This document shows, in pieces, positions 40,987 through 50,614 of a DNA stretch of 64,000 bases (its first letter is position 1; each line of letters opens with the position of its first letter). The position numbers and the translations under genes were made by a program. Below the pieces are notes generated by a model. That model ran no database searches. It was given only the letters and a program-made list of their open reading frames with translations, and had not been told where the DNA came from. This DNA is from an uncultured Poribacteria bacterium. GTDB taxonomy: Bacteria > Poribacteria > WGA-4E > WGA-3G. The stretch covers positions 96,001-160,000 of the forward strand of contig CATQHZ020000001.1 of assembly GCA_958296135.2 (NCBI GenBank), in the 5' to 3' direction.

Positions 40987-43845
40987 ATGCATAACAATGC
41001 AACGCTCGTTTTTCTGGCTATCTTTAGCCTCATGTTTGGTGTCCTCTGCTCGGCTTTTTCTCAGGATGGGGCAGAGGCAGAAGTAAGTTTCACGCTGCAA
41101 CTGCTCCATGCGGCGGACATGGAGGGCGGCGTGGCGGCACTTGAAAACGCGCCGCGCTTCTCATCTGTCTTGAACGCGCTCAAGGCAGAAGTTGCCGATA
41201 CGGTGATTATCGGAGCAGGCGACAGTTACCTCCCCGGTCCCTTTTTCATCGCTGGGAATGACCCGAGTCTCCGCGACGTTTTAGGACGTGAAGGCTCTGG
41301 GCGCGCCGATATCCTGATGCTCAACGCGATGGGGTTCATGGCATCCGCAGTCGGCAACCATGAATTTGACGCTGGTACCGGGGGGCTGGCCAGTTTGATT
41401 CGGGAGGATGGACGCGGCTACGTCGGCACGGCGTTTCCGTTCCTGAGCGCGAACTTAGATTTTAGCACCGATAGCAACCTCGCCGGTCTCATCGTTGATG
41501 CCGGGCAAGAGGCGAGCACCGTTCCAAATAGCATCACCAAAAGCGTCGTGATGACGACGGCTTCCGGCGAAAAAGTCGGGGTTGTCGGCATTACCACACC
41601 GCAGCTCAGCACGCTCTCCTCGCCGGGAGATGTGGGGATTGCGCCGGCAGACCCGGGGGATATTGCGGCACTCGCGGCAATCGTCCAAGAAGTCGTTGAT
41701 GCACTGACAGCGGATGGGATTAATAAAATTATCCTGACCGGACACCTGCAGCAACTGTCGCTTGACGAGGCGATGGCACCGATGCTGCGCGATGTGGATA
41801 TTATCATCGCCGGCGGTTCAAATACACTCCTGGCAGATACCACCGACCGGATGCTTGATGGCGACACTGCAGGTAGAACCTATCCTATCCTGACAAGTTC
41901 CGCGACGGATGAACCGATTGCAATTGTCAGCACCGATGGTGCTTACCGATACGTCGGCCGGCTCGTCGCCGAGTTTGACAGAGACGGTATCTTAAAGCCT
42001 GAATCCATTGATGCAGCGGTGAGCGGTGTCTTCGCTACGGACGAACAAGGCGTTGTGGATACCGGCAACGCGGCACCCGCACCGCGCGTCGTTGAAATTA
42101 CCGATGCGATTCGGGACATCATCGTGGCGAAAGATGGCAATCTGTTTGGGCAAACCAGTGTCTACCTGAACGGCAGTCGCCGTTCTATTCGCACAGAAGA
42201 AACGAACATGGGCAGTTTAACCGCCGCTGCAGATTTGGCGGCGGCGCAGCTCGGCGACCCGAGCGTGGTAGCCTGCTTCAAAAATGGCGGCGGCATCCGC
42301 GGTTCCATCGGTGTGACTGCCTACGGCGAAACGCTGCCGCCGCCCGCGAACCCGTTGGTAGGCAAAGCAGCAGGACAAATCTCGCAGATGGATATCGAAA
42401 ACGTGCTGCGTTTCAACGACGATTTGTCACTGCTCACACTGACAGCACCGCAACTGCTTGAAGTTGTGGAACACGCTGTGGCTGCCTCAGAGCCGGGTGA
42501 AACCCCCGGACAGTTTACGCAGGTTGCTGGGCTCGCTTTCAGTTTCGATTTGGCGCAGCCGCCAGGCTCGCGCGTTCAGTCGCTCGTCATCACCGATGCC
42601 GATGGCAACCCCACCGATGTCGTCGCACAGGAAGGGAGAATTATCGGCAGTGCGAAACGGACTTTCCGCATCGTTACGCTTAATTTCCTGGCCGATGGCG
42701 GCGATGGCTATCCCTATCCGAATGTCCCGAATACAGACAGAGTGGAACTTCCGACGCTGTTAACGGAGGAACTTTCCGGTGGCAACGCGACTTTTGCCGG
42801 GCCGGGGACAGAGCAAGACGCGCTGGCGGAATATCTCGCCGCGCATTTCTCCGAAACGCCGTTCGTCGATGCCGATGCCGGCCCCGAAAGCGATGAACGC
42901 ATTCAGAATCTCGCCTTCCGGACAGATAGTTTGAGCGGGTTAGCACCGACACCGACTACCTTTGACGTTGCTCTCAGTGCAGGGTTAAACATGGTGAGTT
43001 TACCGCTGATGCCCGCCGATGCCTATACCGCGCGCTCCTTCATGGACATATTCGGCGCGACGGCCGTCATTGCGTATGATACCAAGTTTGTCGGGTTCAC
43101 CGCGAATTCTGCAGGCGATGGGTTTGCCATTGAAGGCGGCAAAGGTTACATTGTCAACGTCACCGAAGCGAAGCGTGTCAGTTTCACTGGGAGTGCATGG
43201 CAAAATCCACCCGCCGCACCGAGCGCGCTGCCAAAACGCGCCTACGGACAAAGCACAGAGGCATGGGCATTTATTCTGCACGCGCAACTTGAAGGCATCA
43301 CCGATGTGACGCTGACTGTCTATGCCGATAACAGTGCCGTTAAGCACGACATGTTTATAGCGGGCGAGGGAAGTCACGCAGTCTGGGCAAACCTGAACCG
43401 GCAGACTGTCGTTTCGGCTGGCGATACGCTGACGATTGAAGTGCGCGACGCGGGGGACGAACTGATTCGCACGCTGCGGCACAGAATCACCGCCACGGAT
43501 ATCCGTCGGGCGTTCACAGAACTGCGGCTTACACCCGCTGAACTGAAACCGACACAGACTGTCCTGCTTGTCAACTATCCGAATCCGTTTAACCCGGAAA
43601 CGTGGATACCGTATCAGTTGGCAAATGACACTGATGTCGCAATTCACATCTATGCCGCAACGGGGCAGCGCTGCCGCAGACTGGTGCTCGGATACCAGAG
43701 TGCCGGCTATTACATCAGCAAATCACGCGCCGCCTATTGGGATGGCCGAAATGAGTTGGGCGAACGGATGGCTTCGGGTGTCTATTTCTATCAACTCATC
43801 ACCCCTGAATTCACAACGACCCGGGAGATGGTCCTTGTGAAGTAA
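40987..43845 (+). CDS. Secreted 5'-nucleotidase (calcineurin-like phosphoesterase plus C-terminal domain) with FlgD/T9SS-like C-terminal tail
   Basis: LLHAAD, AGD, GNHEFD, IIAGGS, RTEETNMG, NGGGIR, FLADGGDGY; tail NYPNPFNPETWIPYQL...WDGRNELGE..ASGVYFY. Confidence 0.92.
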   Translation: MHNNATLVFLAIFSLMFGVLCSAFSQDGAEAEVSFTLQLLHAADMEGGVAALENAPRFSSVLNALKAEVADTVIIGAGDSYLPGPFFIAGNDPSLRDVLGREGSGRADILMLNAMGFMASAVGNHEFDAGTGGLASLIREDGRGYVGTAFPFLSANLDFSTDSNLAGLIVDAGQEASTVPNSITKSVVMTTASGEKVGVVGITTPQLSTLSSPGDVGIAPADPGDIAALAAIVQEVVDALTADGINKIILTGHLQQLSLDEAMAPMLRDVDIIIAGGSNTLLADTTDRMLDGDTAGRTYPILTSSATDEPIAIVSTDGAYRYVGRLVAEFDRDGILKPESIDAAVSGVFATDEQGVVDTGNAAPAPRVVEITDAIRDIIVAKDGNLFGQTSVYLNGSRRSIRTEETNMGSLTAAADLAAAQLGDPSVVACFKNGGGIRGSIGVTAYGETLPPPANPLVGKAAGQISQMDIENVLRFNDDLSLLTLTAPQLLEVVEHAVAASEPGETPGQFTQVAGLAFSFDLAQPPGSRVQSLVITDADGNPTDVVAQEGRIIGSAKRTFRIVTLNFLADGGDGYPYPNVPNTDRVELPTLLTEELSGGNATFAGPGTEQDALAEYLAAHFSETPFVDADAGPESDERIQNLAFRTDSLSGLAPTPTTFDVALSAGLNMVSLPLMPADAYTARSFMDIFGATAVIAYDTKFVGFTANSAGDGFAIEGGKGYIVNVTEAKRVSFTGSAWQNPPAAPSALPKRAYGQSTEAWAFILHAQLEGITDVTLTVYADNSAVKHDMFIAGEGSHAVWANLNRQTVVSAGDTLTIEVRDAGDELIRTLRHRITATDIRRAFTELRLTPAELKPTQTVLLVNYPNPFNPETWIPYQLANDTDVAIHIYAATGQRCRRLVLGYQSAGYYISKSRAAYWDGRNELGERMASGVYFYQLITPEFTTTREMVLVK

Positions 43846-43864
43846 GGAAACCAGAGCGTCTGAT

Positions 43865-44300
43865 GTTCTCGCGCGCGCCCGGGCTCGTTCGCGCGAGGCA
43901 CGGCGACAACGTCCGCTGCCCCGTAGCGCGAGGGCCGTCACGCCGAAACGTTGTCCTCTCTGCCGCCTCGCTGCAGAGATGTCCACTGTCCCTCGCGCTC
44001 TCCCTACCTACAAGAAAGGCCCCTTTTCACCGTAGCGCGCGGGAAAACCCGGTGCTCGCGAATCGCCGAGGGTTCCCCTCGCGCTCGTTCACGCGCGGCG
44101 ACAACTGCCTCTTTCTCCGTAGCGCGAGGGAGAACCTGTCCCTCGTGCTCTCCCGCGCGCGCGGCGAAAACGTCCACGGCCCCGTAGCGCGAGGGCCTGT
44201 CCCTCGCGCTCTCCCGCGCGCGGCGAAAACGTCCACGGCCCCGTCACTCGCTAACCCCGCTCCCTGAGGTTTCCGTAGGCGCGCTTTCAAAGCGCGCCTA
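43865..44300. repeat. REP mosaic array between convergent genes
   Basis: ccgtagcgcgaggg...ccctcgcg copies and the gtaggcgcgctttcaaagcgcgcctac palindrome. Confidence 0.88.
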
Positions 44301-45707
44301 CCTCGCCCGGGCATCCAGCGGTTTTCTCCACTGTCCTGCAGTAACCTGCTCAATCAAAATGCGCGCCTTCTGACTTGCACGCACCTGCCTCTCAATTTCA
44401 ACCGGGTCCCACGCTGCCAAAAGTTGTGCTTCCAGTGTCTCGCGAATCGCTTGATACGCAGGCGCATCGCCGAGACTCCGAAATTCGCCCGGGTCTTCGA
44501 CGATGTCATAAAGTTCCGGCGCATCGCCGAGGCTATAGTTGAATTTGTATCTTCCCTGCCGCAGCATCGCCATAGGGCGCGCCACCCCGTGCGCGAGGTA
44601 TTCCGAGAAGGCGAAGTTTTTCCAATCCGGCGCGGTGCCTTGTATCAACGACATCAAACTTTCGCCATCCATCTGTCCCCCTTGCTGTGCGTTTGCCAAA
44701 TCGATTAACGTCGCTGTCAAATCCACCAGTGATACGACTTCATCGATGCGTTTTCCTGCCTGCAGATGCCCCGGCAACGTGATTTGCAGCGGCACGCGCG
44801 CCGATGCCTCGTAGAAATTAGACTTCCGCCACATCCCGTGCTCGCCGTTCATTTCACCGTGGTCGCTGGTGTAGACGACGACGGTATTCTCCGCCTGTCC
44901 GGTCTCCTCAAGCGCCTTAAGCAACCTGCCGATTTTCTCGTCAAGGTAAGTAATCAAACCGTAATAGCCGGCTCTGCCTCTGCGCACCAATTCTTCCGGG
45001 AAATCGACATATCCGAACATGCGTCGCATCCGTTGATAGACAGGATGCTGGTTTTCGAGGTGTCCTTCCGGGATGTGAGGCATGTCGATTTCGTCAAGCG
45101 GATAGAGAGCCCAGAACCGCTGCGGCACGACGAGCGGAAAGTGCGGCGCGATAAACGAGACGTTGAGGGCCCACGGTTGCTCCTTCCGCGCGGGTTCGCG
45201 GAGATATGCCAATGCCGCCGTTTCCGCCAGGTTATCCACCTCGATTTCTTCGGTTGTTCCGGGGCCTGCTTGTGCGAGTCCTTGCCATGGGCGCGGTGCA
45301 GGTGGCGTGCCGTTCGCCCAATCCGTGAGCGCGTGTTGTCGTTCTGCGTGCAAATCGCGGGCGAGTTGCGTGCGGAATCCGTGCAGCTGGTCTGTGCCGC
45401 CGAAGTGCTGTTTCCCGGCGAGGACGACATCGTAACCTGCGTGGCGCAGCAGATGCGCCCATGTGATTTCATCCGATGCCAGCGGCGTTGCGTTATCCCA
45501 CGCGCCGATGTTGTGGATATATTTGCCTGTCATGAAAGACATCCGTGAAGGCATACAGAGCGGTGAGTTGCAATAGGCGTTGGTGAACGTGATGCCGTTT
45601 TCAGCGAGTCTATCTAGGTTTGGGGTTTGGACGCTGGGGTGTCCGTATGGACTGCTGAACATGGGCGCGTGTTCATCGGACATGATGATAAGGAGGTTTG
45701 GGGGCAT
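44298..45707 (-). CDS. Sulfatase, choline-sulfatase-like
   Basis: PNLLIIMSDEH, CMPSRMSFMTG, GKQHF, APHFP, TSDHGEM.GEHGMW.K. Confidence 0.93.
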   Translation of the reverse strand: MPPNLLIIMSDEHAPMFSSPYGHPSVQTPNLDRLAENGITFTNAYCNSPLCMPSRMSFMTGKYIHNIGAWDNATPLASDEITWAHLLRHAGYDVVLAGKQHFGGTDQLHGFRTQLARDLHAERQHALTDWANGTPPAPRPWQGLAQAGPGTTEEIEVDNLAETAALAYLREPARKEQPWALNVSFIAPHFPLVVPQRFWALYPLDEIDMPHIPEGHLENQHPVYQRMRRMFGYVDFPEELVRRGRAGYYGLITYLDEKIGRLLKALEETGQAENTVVVYTSDHGEMNGEHGMWRKSNFYEASARVPLQITLPGHLQAGKRIDEVVSLVDLTATLIDLANAQQGGQMDGESLMSLIQGTAPDWKNFAFSEYLAHGVARPMAMLRQGRYKFNYSLGDAPELYDIVEDPGEFRSLGDAPAYQAIRETLEAQLLAAWDPVEIERQVRASQKARILIEQVTAGQWRKPLDARAR

Positions 45708-45756
45708 GGTTGGGGGTTCCTCTAGGTAAGTCCTGCGGATATAAGTTATGATAGTC

Positions 45757-45975
45757 CTACGAGTCTTTAGAAAACTTATTTTTCAAAAACAAAATAGCTT
45801 TTGAAAGGATCCAGGTAAATAGAAAAAGAAAAGGAAGTTGCAAAAGGGCATGACCCAATACTTGTGCATTAAGCACGACATGTCCCAGACACAAAACCCA
45901 TGAAATATTCCAGATCCATCTGCGTTTTGTGATAAAAGCAAGCGGCAAGGTAATCCAAAGTAATGCAAGCAACAT
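45757..45975 (-). CDS. Small AT-rich membrane protein
   Basis: 72 aa, three hydrophobic stretches, strong RBS AGGAGG. Confidence 0.55.
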   Translation of the reverse strand: MLLALLWITLPLAFITKRRWIWNISWVLCLGHVVLNAQVLGHALLQLPFLFLFTWILSKAILFLKNKFSKDS

Positions 45976-46196
45976 CGGATACCCTCCTAATTAAATTCTT
46001 CTTAAACTTCAGTTGCTGCTGTATAGTATAGCACAAAAGTTCTCTTCTGAAGTCAAGTTTTTGAGAAATCTTCAGGAAGTTCGATTTCTGCATACGCGAC
46101 AGCAATTTTAGAAACATGCTTCGCTAGAAAAAGAAGGCGACACGCATGAGGCAGACAAGAATCAACACGCACGTCGTGTACAACCTGAATCACAGA

Positions 46197-47837
46197 TCAA
46201 GCCGCGCGATGCTGATACAGGTTCTCCCTTGGCAGCATTTCCACATCGTCGTATGCAAACGGATGTTGCTCAATTCCAATTTGAGACTGGAATAGATTTC
46301 TCTTCATAGGTGAAACTGATGGCCGCTCTTCCTGCTCCGTTAACAATTCGGCGATGTCCTCCGGCAATTTAACCCCTATTTTATTCTCAAAGTCCTCGAC
46401 GCTCTGATAATCGCTGCAAAATGATGCGATAATATCCACACCCCGTTTGCTAGCAATAGTCAAATCTGCCCTGGCTTTTTCCCATTCGTGCTCGTGTAAC
46501 CACGCCAAGGCACGATGGGAGTAGGCATGCACAAAATCGGGTTTAAGTTGTATGGCCGTCGTGTAGTCCGTGATTGCCGTGTCAACTTCGCCCTTGTTAC
46601 GATAAACATTGCCGCGATTATAGTACGCGACCGCCAACATTGGGTTGAGTTGTATCGCTGCTGTATGATTCGCGATGGCTTTATCAAACTCGTTTTTGAT
46701 AGCGTAGGCATTGCCGCCATTGACATAGGCTGCAACATAATCGGGTTTAAGTTGTATAGCCATCGTATAGTCCGTAATGGCACTATCAAAATCGTGTTTT
46801 TCTCCGTGCACGACACCGCGATTGAAATAGAACTCGGCGTGATATGGAGATCGGTCTATCGCTTTTGTATAGTCCTGAATTGCCTTGTCCAACTCGCTGT
46901 TGTCCTCGTAGGCCATAGCGCGGATGGCATAAACTTGGGCATCGTCGGGGTTCAGTTCAAGGGCTTTGTTGAAGTCCTCAATTGCCAAATCTACCGTGTC
47001 TTTAAGGGCGTGAGCACTGCCACGAATGACATAGGCTTCGGCATAATTAGGTTTCAGTTCAATCGCTTTCGTGCAATTTTCGATTTCCAAATCGACTTCG
47101 CCTATGGTACCGAAAAAGTTCCCGCGGATGACATAAGCATCGGCATCATCGGGTTTCAGTTTAATTGCTTTGTTTAAGTTCTCAATTGCTTGACGTTCTT
47201 CGTTTTTGATACTGTAAGCAACACCAAGTTTGAGATATGCTGCAGCATGCTTTGGGTTCAGTTCAATCGCTGTCGTGTAGTCTGCAATTGCCAGATCAAC
47301 TTCGCGTTTGAATCCGTAAACGTTACCGCGAAGGTAATAGGCCTCAGCGTGCTTCGGGTTGAGCTCTATCGCCGTGGTAAAGTCCATAATGGCCCTGTCA
47401 AACTCGCCTGCGAGAGTGTAAACGTTACCGCGGCAATAATAGAACTCCGCATTTTCCGGATTGAGGCGTATCGCCTGATCGCAGTCCTTAATAGCGAGGC
47501 CGAACTTGCCTTTGATAGCATAGGCTGCCCCTCGTTGGGCGTATGCTTCCGCATAGTCCGAATCGGACCGGATTGCGGCAGTGAAATCCTGAATCGCTAA
47601 GTCAACTTCACCTTTGCCTGCATAGGCGATGCCGCGGTTGCAATAGAGATCTGTCCGCCACTGGGAGAGTCTAATCGCGTAGGTATAGTCCGCAATTGCC
47701 TTGTCAAACTCGCCGATGCGAAGGTAAACGGCCGCACGGAGAGTGTAAGGGACAGCAAACGTTGGACTCATCTCAATTGCGTTGGTAAAGTGCTTGATGG
47801 CTTGCTCATAATGCGCGAGCTGCGTTTGCGTCACCAT
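46197..47837 (-). CDS. Tetratricopeptide-repeat protein (about 13 TPRs), partner of the FRG gene
   Basis: Repeated AY..RG.AY...GE.D.AI.D...AI.L.P; likely start MVTQTQL. Confidence 0.9.
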   Translation of the reverse strand: MVTQTQLAHYEQAIKHFTNAIEMSPTFAVPYTLRAAVYLRIGEFDKAIADYTYAIRLSQWRTDLYCNRGIAYAGKGEVDLAIQDFTAAIRSDSDYAEAYAQRGAAYAIKGKFGLAIKDCDQAIRLNPENAEFYYCRGNVYTLAGEFDRAIMDFTTAIELNPKHAEAYYLRGNVYGFKREVDLAIADYTTAIELNPKHAAAYLKLGVAYSIKNEERQAIENLNKAIKLKPDDADAYVIRGNFFGTIGEVDLEIENCTKAIELKPNYAEAYVIRGSAHALKDTVDLAIEDFNKALELNPDDAQVYAIRAMAYEDNSELDKAIQDYTKAIDRSPYHAEFYFNRGVVHGEKHDFDSAITDYTMAIQLKPDYVAAYVNGGNAYAIKNEFDKAIANHTAAIQLNPMLAVAYYNRGNVYRNKGEVDTAITDYTTAIQLKPDFVHAYSHRALAWLHEHEWEKARADLTIASKRGVDIIASFCSDYQSVEDFENKIGVKLPEDIAELLTEQEERPSVSPMKRNLFQSQIGIEQHPFAYDDVEMLPRENLYQHRAA

Positions 47838-48633
47838 TCTCGGCATCTCCCTGCTGTTTACAAGTTAAACCTCTAGCGATCTCATTATAGAGTTCCGCAT
47901 TGAGGCGTTGATGTCTAATAAACCCGTGGATGTCGTTGTAGATAGTCTGGGTAGATATCCGGTGATACCTTTCCAAGTGCTTCAGCATCGGCTTTTTGAG
48001 GGATGCTGGGACGTTGATGACATCTTTCTCATTAGGCTCAATAAAGCCTTTCGAGTGTCGGACAAAGACGCTCTTCTGCGCGATGACGCGATGCATCGGT
48101 TCGTAAGGCGGCTGGATATAAGCCTCAATCGGTTCCCTCTTTTGCAAAAGAATCCGGCCATCTTGGCAAGGTGAACCGTCACAAGCCATGAAGAGCGCGA
48201 TGAGATAGTCCTCCGTAAAATCGATGAGGTTGGTCCTACCGCCGTAGTGTTGGATTTCGGCGAGGAGATCAGAATCGTCCACTTTTTTGCGTAAAAACCT
48301 CTTCGCCATGTAGAGCACGGCTGTTTGAACTTCCTCTATATTCGACAGTTCAAGGGCAATTTTTCTGTCATTTTCCTGCCCCGATGCTATCAGGTGAGAC
48401 AGGCTATTGGCGAGTGTTTCCAGAGCCTCTGCCATAACGTCAAAACTTTCCGATTCCAGAAAGAGACGGTAGAGGTTCGAGGAAACTTTCCCATGGTAAG
48501 GCGATTCCTGATAATGCTCCGGCTCGCCACGGAAGAGGTAATCGTCCTCGCGCGATTTCTCTTCGATCTGTCGCAGGAGTCCCTCAACGGTATGTTCCCC
48601 GCTGAGGGAATCGGTTTGGCTTGGGGTGTGCAT
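47806..48633 (-). CDS. FRG-domain protein
   Basis: YLFRGE, QHYGGRTNLIDFT, ALFMAC, RVIAQKSVF. Confidence 0.88.
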   Translation of the reverse strand: MHTPSQTDSLSGEHTVEGLLRQIEEKSREDDYLFRGEPEHYQESPYHGKVSSNLYRLFLESESFDVMAEALETLANSLSHLIASGQENDRKIALELSNIEEVQTAVLYMAKRFLRKKVDDSDLLAEIQHYGGRTNLIDFTEDYLIALFMACDGSPCQDGRILLQKREPIEAYIQPPYEPMHRVIAQKSVFVRHSKGFIEPNEKDVINVPASLKKPMLKHLERYHRISTQTIYNDIHGFIRHQRLNAELYNEIARGLTCKQQGDAENGDANAARAL

Positions 48634-48715
48634 ACGCGCTCCTTTTTAATAAGGATACCCTATTTCATAAAAGATGTCAACCGAACTTCTCGGCACGGAT
48701 TTCGCAAGAATCACG

Positions 48716-49816
48716 TTAAGGAAGTTGCTGCTTCGCGGGTCCCGGCACTGCGCCATTTTGAGACTGAAAGAGGTTCGGCCAGAGATGGGGCGTTACGGTT
48801 TGCACCTCCTGCTGAGTCAACATGGCGGCGATGGCATCTGGAAGTTGAATCCCCGTTTTCCGTTCAAAATCTGCGGTATTTTCATAATTTCGGCAAAAGA
48901 GTTCGCTGACGTTCGTTCCCCTATCTTGGACAGTTCCGAGGTCTGCTTGTGCCTTTTCCCATTTTTGCAGGTGCAACCACGCTATCGCGCGATTGTAGTA
49001 GGCTTGCGCGTTGTCAGGTGCTAATTCTATCGCGGTTGCATAGTCGCCAAGCCCTCGGGTGACGTTGCCCTTCAGGCAGTAAGCGTTACCACGATTCAGA
49101 TAGGCTTCGGCACAAGCCTGTTTCAGTTCTATGGTTTCATTGAAGTCTTGAATTGCTAGGTGTCCGTCACCTTTGGTGCCGTAAGCGATGCCGCGATTGA
49201 GATAGGCCTCAGCGTGCTTCGGGTTAAGTTCTACCGCCTTGGTGTAACTCGCAATGGCGAAGTCAAGTTCACCTTTCAGTCTGTAAGCATTGCCGCGAAG
49301 GTAGTAAGCGTCGGCCAGTTGCGGATTTCGTCTGATTGCCGCGTTGTAGTCCTCAATAGCGATGTCAATCTCATCTTGCGCACTGTAAGCGATACCGCGC
49401 TTGAGATAGGCATCGGCGTAGTCGGGATTCAGTTTTACCGCCGCGTTATAGTCAACGATTGCCAGGGCGAACTCGCGTTTGATGGCATACGCGTTGCCGC
49501 GATGGTAATAGGCTTCGGGGTAGTCCCAGTCGTAACTGCGGCTGCTGTGTATTGCCGAGGAAAAATCGTCAATGGCCAAGTCAATCTCGCCTTTGTCGAC
49601 ATAAACGCGCCCGCGCCCACAATATGCCTCATGCGGTCTTCGGGTGAGCCGTGTCGCTTCGGTGTAATCGGCGAGTGCCAGATCGAACTTGCCGATTTTC
49701 CGATAAACATCGCCGCGGTGGACGTGTGCATCGAAAAATCTCGGGTACCGTTCAATGGCTCTGCTAAACCCTTTGATGGCTTTTTCATAATGCACGAGCT
49801 GCGTTTGCGTCACCAT
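48716..49816 (-). CDS. Tetratricopeptide-repeat protein (about 8 TPRs), partner of the FRG gene
   Basis: TPR consensus; ATG at 49816 preceded by AAAGGAGA. Confidence 0.9.
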   Translation of the reverse strand: MVTQTQLVHYEKAIKGFSRAIERYPRFFDAHVHRGDVYRKIGKFDLALADYTEATRLTRRPHEAYCGRGRVYVDKGEIDLAIDDFSSAIHSSRSYDWDYPEAYYHRGNAYAIKREFALAIVDYNAAVKLNPDYADAYLKRGIAYSAQDEIDIAIEDYNAAIRRNPQLADAYYLRGNAYRLKGELDFAIASYTKAVELNPKHAEAYLNRGIAYGTKGDGHLAIQDFNETIELKQACAEAYLNRGNAYCLKGNVTRGLGDYATAIELAPDNAQAYYNRAIAWLHLQKWEKAQADLGTVQDRGTNVSELFCRNYENTADFERKTGIQLPDAIAAMLTQQEVQTVTPHLWPNLFQSQNGAVPGPAKQQLP

Positions 49817-49817
49817 T

Positions 49818-50540
49818 CTATGAATCTCCTTTTTGTGCATCGGTTAAACTCGTATAAAATTCTATGTAGGCTTCCAGATAGATGCCCTGATTTTTAATAA
49901 AGCCGTGGAGGTCATTGTAGACGGTTTCGGCAGAGATTCCGTGGTGTCTTTCCAAGTGTTCCAACATCGGCTCTTTGAGGCCTGCGGGAACATTGATAAC
50001 ATCGTCCGCGCTGGGTTCAATAAAGCCATCGGGATGCCTAATAAACACGCTTTTCTGGGAAACAACACGGTTGACTGGCTCGTAAGGCGCGGCGATATAG
50101 TCCCTTAGCAGTCGCTTTGCTTGAAAAATAACCCTACCGTTTTTGCGCAGAGACTCCTCCCGGTCACAAGCCATGAAGAGCGCGATGAGATAGTCCTCCG
50201 TAAAATCGATGAGGTTGGTCCTACCGCCGTAATGCTGAATTTCGGCGAGGATTTCAAAATCGCTAAGCGTCTTGCGGAAAAATCTTCTCGCCGAGTTTAG
50301 CATTACTGTTTGGACATGCTCAATATCAAATCGTTCTGCCGCAACATCAAAGGCTTCGCGCTCAAGGAAGAAGCGGCAAAGTTTCGAGGAAACTTTCCCC
50401 TCATAAGGCGATTCCTGATAGTGCTCAGGTTCGCCACGGAAGAGGTAATCGTCCTCGCGCGATTTCTCTTCGATCTGCCGAAGGAGGCCCCCAACGGTTT
50501 GCTCGCCGTTGAGGGACTCGATGTGGCTTGGGGTGTGCAT
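49818..50540 (-). CDS. FRG-domain protein (paralogue of 47806..48633)
   Basis: YLFRGE, QHYGGRTNLIDFT, RVVSQKSVF. Confidence 0.88.
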   Translation of the reverse strand: MHTPSHIESLNGEQTVGGLLRQIEEKSREDDYLFRGEPEHYQESPYEGKVSSKLCRFFLEREAFDVAAERFDIEHVQTVMLNSARRFFRKTLSDFEILAEIQHYGGRTNLIDFTEDYLIALFMACDREESLRKNGRVIFQAKRLLRDYIAAPYEPVNRVVSQKSVFIRHPDGFIEPSADDVINVPAGLKEPMLEHLERHHGISAETVYNDLHGFIKNQGIYLEAYIEFYTSLTDAQKGDS

Positions 50541-50614
50541 ACGCGCTCCTTTTTAAAAGGATACCCTATTCGGCGGGATATGCCAACCAACCAAATGCTG
50601 AGCGGCGAATGCCG

